From NCBI GenBank assembly GCA_000004695.1, contig CM000151.3:6720001-6784000 (forward strand): a stretch of DNA of 64,000 nucleotides. The letters run 5' to 3'. The DNA is from Dictyostelium discoideum. Lineage: Eukaryota. The position numbers and the translations under genes were made by a program. This document shows, one piece after another, positions 61,002-64,000 of this stretch; within the stretch, counting starts at the first letter, position 1; every line of letters starts with the position of its first letter. The notes beneath the pieces were generated by a model. It had not been told where the DNA came from and made no database searches. It saw nothing but the letters and a program-made list of their open reading frames with translations.

Positions 61002-64000
61002 AATTTTGGAATTTACTAATAGTCATAAATTTTAATTAATTTTTATTATTATTTATAGCCAAAGGTGAAGAAGATGAATTATATAGTGAGCATTTTATTG
61101 AGATAGATAAATTAATAAAACAAGAGCAAGAAAAAGAAGAAAATGGTGGATTTTCATTACCAAAATGGCCAGCTAGTAGTACTATAAACAACAATAGTAC
61201 TCAAAATTTATTTAGTAATTTTATGAGTGATAGTAGTAGTAGCATAAATAGTGATATTAATAGTAATTATACAAGAGATAATAATGGAATGTTTATAGTT
61301 AGAACAGATTTAAATACAGATATACCTTCATCACATAAATCAACCATCTATAGTAAACAACAACAATCACCAAGACATCAAGATATAAATAGTAATCATT
61401 ATTCAATGACTTATGATAGTAGTTTACTTAGTGTTAGTGGTAGTAATGCAAGTAGTAATTGTAATACATCAGCTTCATCATCAGTAAATAGTTGTAATAA
61501 TTCAATTGGTAATTTAAGTAAAGTTTTTAATTTAAATTCTTCAACAAAGAGTTTAAATAACAACAACAACAATAATAATAATAATAATAATAATATGGAG
61601 ACAATTTCAGGTTTTAATAATATAATGAAAATTGATAATCTTATAAATCATGATACAAATAATAATAATAATAATAATAATATGATAACATCACCATCAC
61701 TAACTACAAATACAACAACTACTACAACAATGACATCAAATAATAGTACACCAATTAGATCACCATCACCACCAAAAACTCCACAACATCAATCAGTATT
61801 AATATCACCAATGACACCATATGATGTTTATAATTCTTATAAATTTGATAAATTGAAAACAACGCCAACATCACCAACATCACCAACTAAATCAACAAGA
61901 TTTAAGGAACCTCTATTACCAAGATCAAATAATAATTTTAATAATAACAACAACAAGAATAGTACAATGAGTTTATCAGGAATGATGAGTGGAACATTCT
62001 CAACATCACATTTATCAAGTTGGGTTTGGGTTAAAAATAAACATAGTATTGTTATCATTGGTCCAACTGGTATTGGTAAATCATTTTTATTAAATACTTT
62101 ATTACATTCAACTTTTACACCTTCTTTAAATTCAATTAGACCAATATTAGGTAATCATAGATTATCTTTAAAACCACAACATGATACAACTTCAACTTCA
62201 ACAACTTCAACAACAAATACAATTTCAACCGATCATATTATGTCAAATAATGAATACTTTTTATTAGATAAATTAAAAACTAAATTAATGAATATAAGTA
62301 AGAGTCAAATTGATCAAAAGATGATATTGGATCAATCATTTTATCAATCAATAAATTGGGATAAAGAAAGGGATAATGAATTTGAACGTGTTTATACTAC
62401 CAGTCAATATTTAACTAAAAAGATACCTCAAGTTAATGATAGTCATGCTTTTATATTACCACAAGGTAGATTGGGTCCAAATCAACAATTTAAATTCACC
62501 TATGGTGCTATCTGTGAATTAAATGTTGAATTCCTACAAGAGAGTGAAGTTCGTGTCATACTTTGGGAATTACATCAATATTCAGAGGATAAAACCATAC
62601 CAATGAATCCAAATAGATTACAATCATTGCAATGGGTTTACTCATCGGTTGTTGATGGTGCAACTTTTGATTATTCAAATCAAAGTAGTTCAAGTAGTAC
62701 GAGTAGTATCAATAGTGGTACCAGTGGTAGCAATAGAATGGTTAGAGTGGTGGAAGATATTAACTCCTATTGGGATATACCCATTAAAGAGAAATTTAAA
62801 AAGTTATTTGGTAAAAGAATTCAATTTAAAGGCTTGGGTAAAGATCACAATATCGATAGAATTTATGTTCGTGAAAAGGTTAAAGAGGTTTTATCAGTTT
62901 ATGGTTGTATTTTAAATTTATTACATATCAAATTACCTTCAAGTGTCCTATTCAATAAACGTGAAATCACAATGATATCCGATGATTCTAAAAGAGGTAA
63001 CATTTCAAAGTTTACAATCACTCGTATTTTGGATGATGCTGATCAAATTTTATTATCAATTGATTATCGTGGTTTATCTGCTGATCTTGCTGATTTATTA
63101 TTAGCTTCAAAATTCACTCAAAAGTTTTCTGCTGATGATGGTTCTATTCAATTCCTTGAATTAGGTGAACATCGTCAATTTCAATTACAACAACAACTAC
63201 AACAAAAACTTCAACAACAACAAGTTTCATCACCACAACCACAACCACAACAACAACAACAACAGCAACAAGTTCAACAATGTCAAAGTCAACAATCACC
63301 ACAACAATGCCAAAGCCAACAATCACCACAACAATGCCAAAGTCAACAATCACCACAACAATGCCAAAGTCAGCAATCACCTCTACAACAACAACAACAA
63401 CAACAACAATCACCACAACAATTACAATCACCACAACAACTTCCAGATATTCATTCATTCGTTATTAATCAACTTAGAAAATTATTTAAAGATGCAAGAA
63501 ATATTTCAAATATTCATAGAATATTAGATTCTTTTAAAATTATTAAAATTAAAGTAAGTTAAAATATTTTTCAAAAAAATATATATGCATTATAAATTAA
63601 TATTAACTTAATTTTTTTATTATTATTATTATTTTATATAAAGCCTTTATTATTTTCATCAATTCATTTAAATAAATCAGTACCACCAGAGTATAAATTA
63701 AAAGGATATTCAAGTATTAGACAATTGAAAGAGATATCAAATGTACCAGTTTTAATAAGATTAATGCATGTTTCAAATAATTCAACATGGACAACTCAAC
63801 ATAATTTATTGGATAAATTTAAACAAGGTATTGCAAAGAAACCTTCAATTTTAAATCATTTAGTTGAACAACAACAACAACAATACCAACAACAAGATGC
63901 ATTAAATTCAACTGGATCAAAACCAATTCCAACTGATAAAGAATTAAATGATTTACAAGAACAATTAACAAATTCATTTAAAGATACTTTAAACGTTAAT
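60883..64000 (+). CDS. P-loop (GPTGIGKS) NTPase-like protein with Ser/Asn/Thr-rich regions and a C-terminal Gln-rich repeat; partial, continues beyond the window. Tentative exons 60883..60952 and 61059..63553, then a GTAAGT intron and a further exon from ~63641
   Basis: Main ORF 61223..63562 is open upstream to the AG acceptor at 61057-61058. A candidate first exon, ATG 60883 with C|GTAGGT donor, joins in phase 1. Walker A motif 'SIVIIGPTGIGKSFLLNTLL'. The 3' end 'KIKIKVS' lies at a GTAAGT donor and coding potential continues to 64000. Confidence 0.4.

Overview
This window is eukaryotic genomic DNA, very probably Dictyostelium discoideum. It is about 75-80% A+T, with long homopolymer A/T runs, spliceosomal introns (GTAAGT/GTATGT donors, AG acceptors) and many in-frame (AAT)n/(CAA)n/(AAC)n tracts that encode poly-Asn/Gln. 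No bacterial operon architecture is present, so I annotated gene models by hand, including introns that the six-frame ORF track cannot show. I use ORF-track coordinates for CDS endpoints where given and my own line-based positions for splice junctions; my count disagrees with the track's by 1 nt near 57340-57352 (hence 'approx.' there). Protein-coding genes found: an SMN-like gene; a modular Cys-rich secreted protein gene; a class-1 dihydroorotate-dehydrogenase-family gene lying head-to-head with the CAD gene pyr1-3 (CPSase-DHOase-ATCase, 2 exons, 2225 aa); a ~2000-aa vWA/F-box gene built from two tandemly duplicated units; signal peptidase sec11 (3 exons, minus strand); a UBA/CUE-like coiled-coil protein with three SKICH-like repeats; a 3446-aa MyTH4-FERM myosin (most likely myoG, 4 exons); a GH18/CHID1-like secreted protein; a hypothetical protein; an ACAP-type ArfGAP (BAR-PH-ArfGAP-ANK, 3 exons); a large RCC1-repeat/protein-kinase/HECT E3 ligase gene (2 exons, minus strand); a CSA/ERCC8 WD40 orthologue (2 exons); and a partial P-loop/poly-Q protein. 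RNA genes: tRNA-Arg(ACG), two inverted tRNA-Phe(GAA) copies and tRNA-Pro(UGG). Between the two tRNA-Phe genes lies a cluster of non-LTR retrotransposon sequence of the tRNA-gene-targeted (TRE) type: two inverted 5' copies (5'UTR-ORF1-start of ORF2), an ORF2 C-terminal fragment, oligo(A) tails and 13-bp tandem arrays. The centre of this inverted repeat is a 100-N gap that abuts pCR-TOPO cloning-vector polylinker sequence, so that part of the assembly contains vector contamination and may be artefactual.
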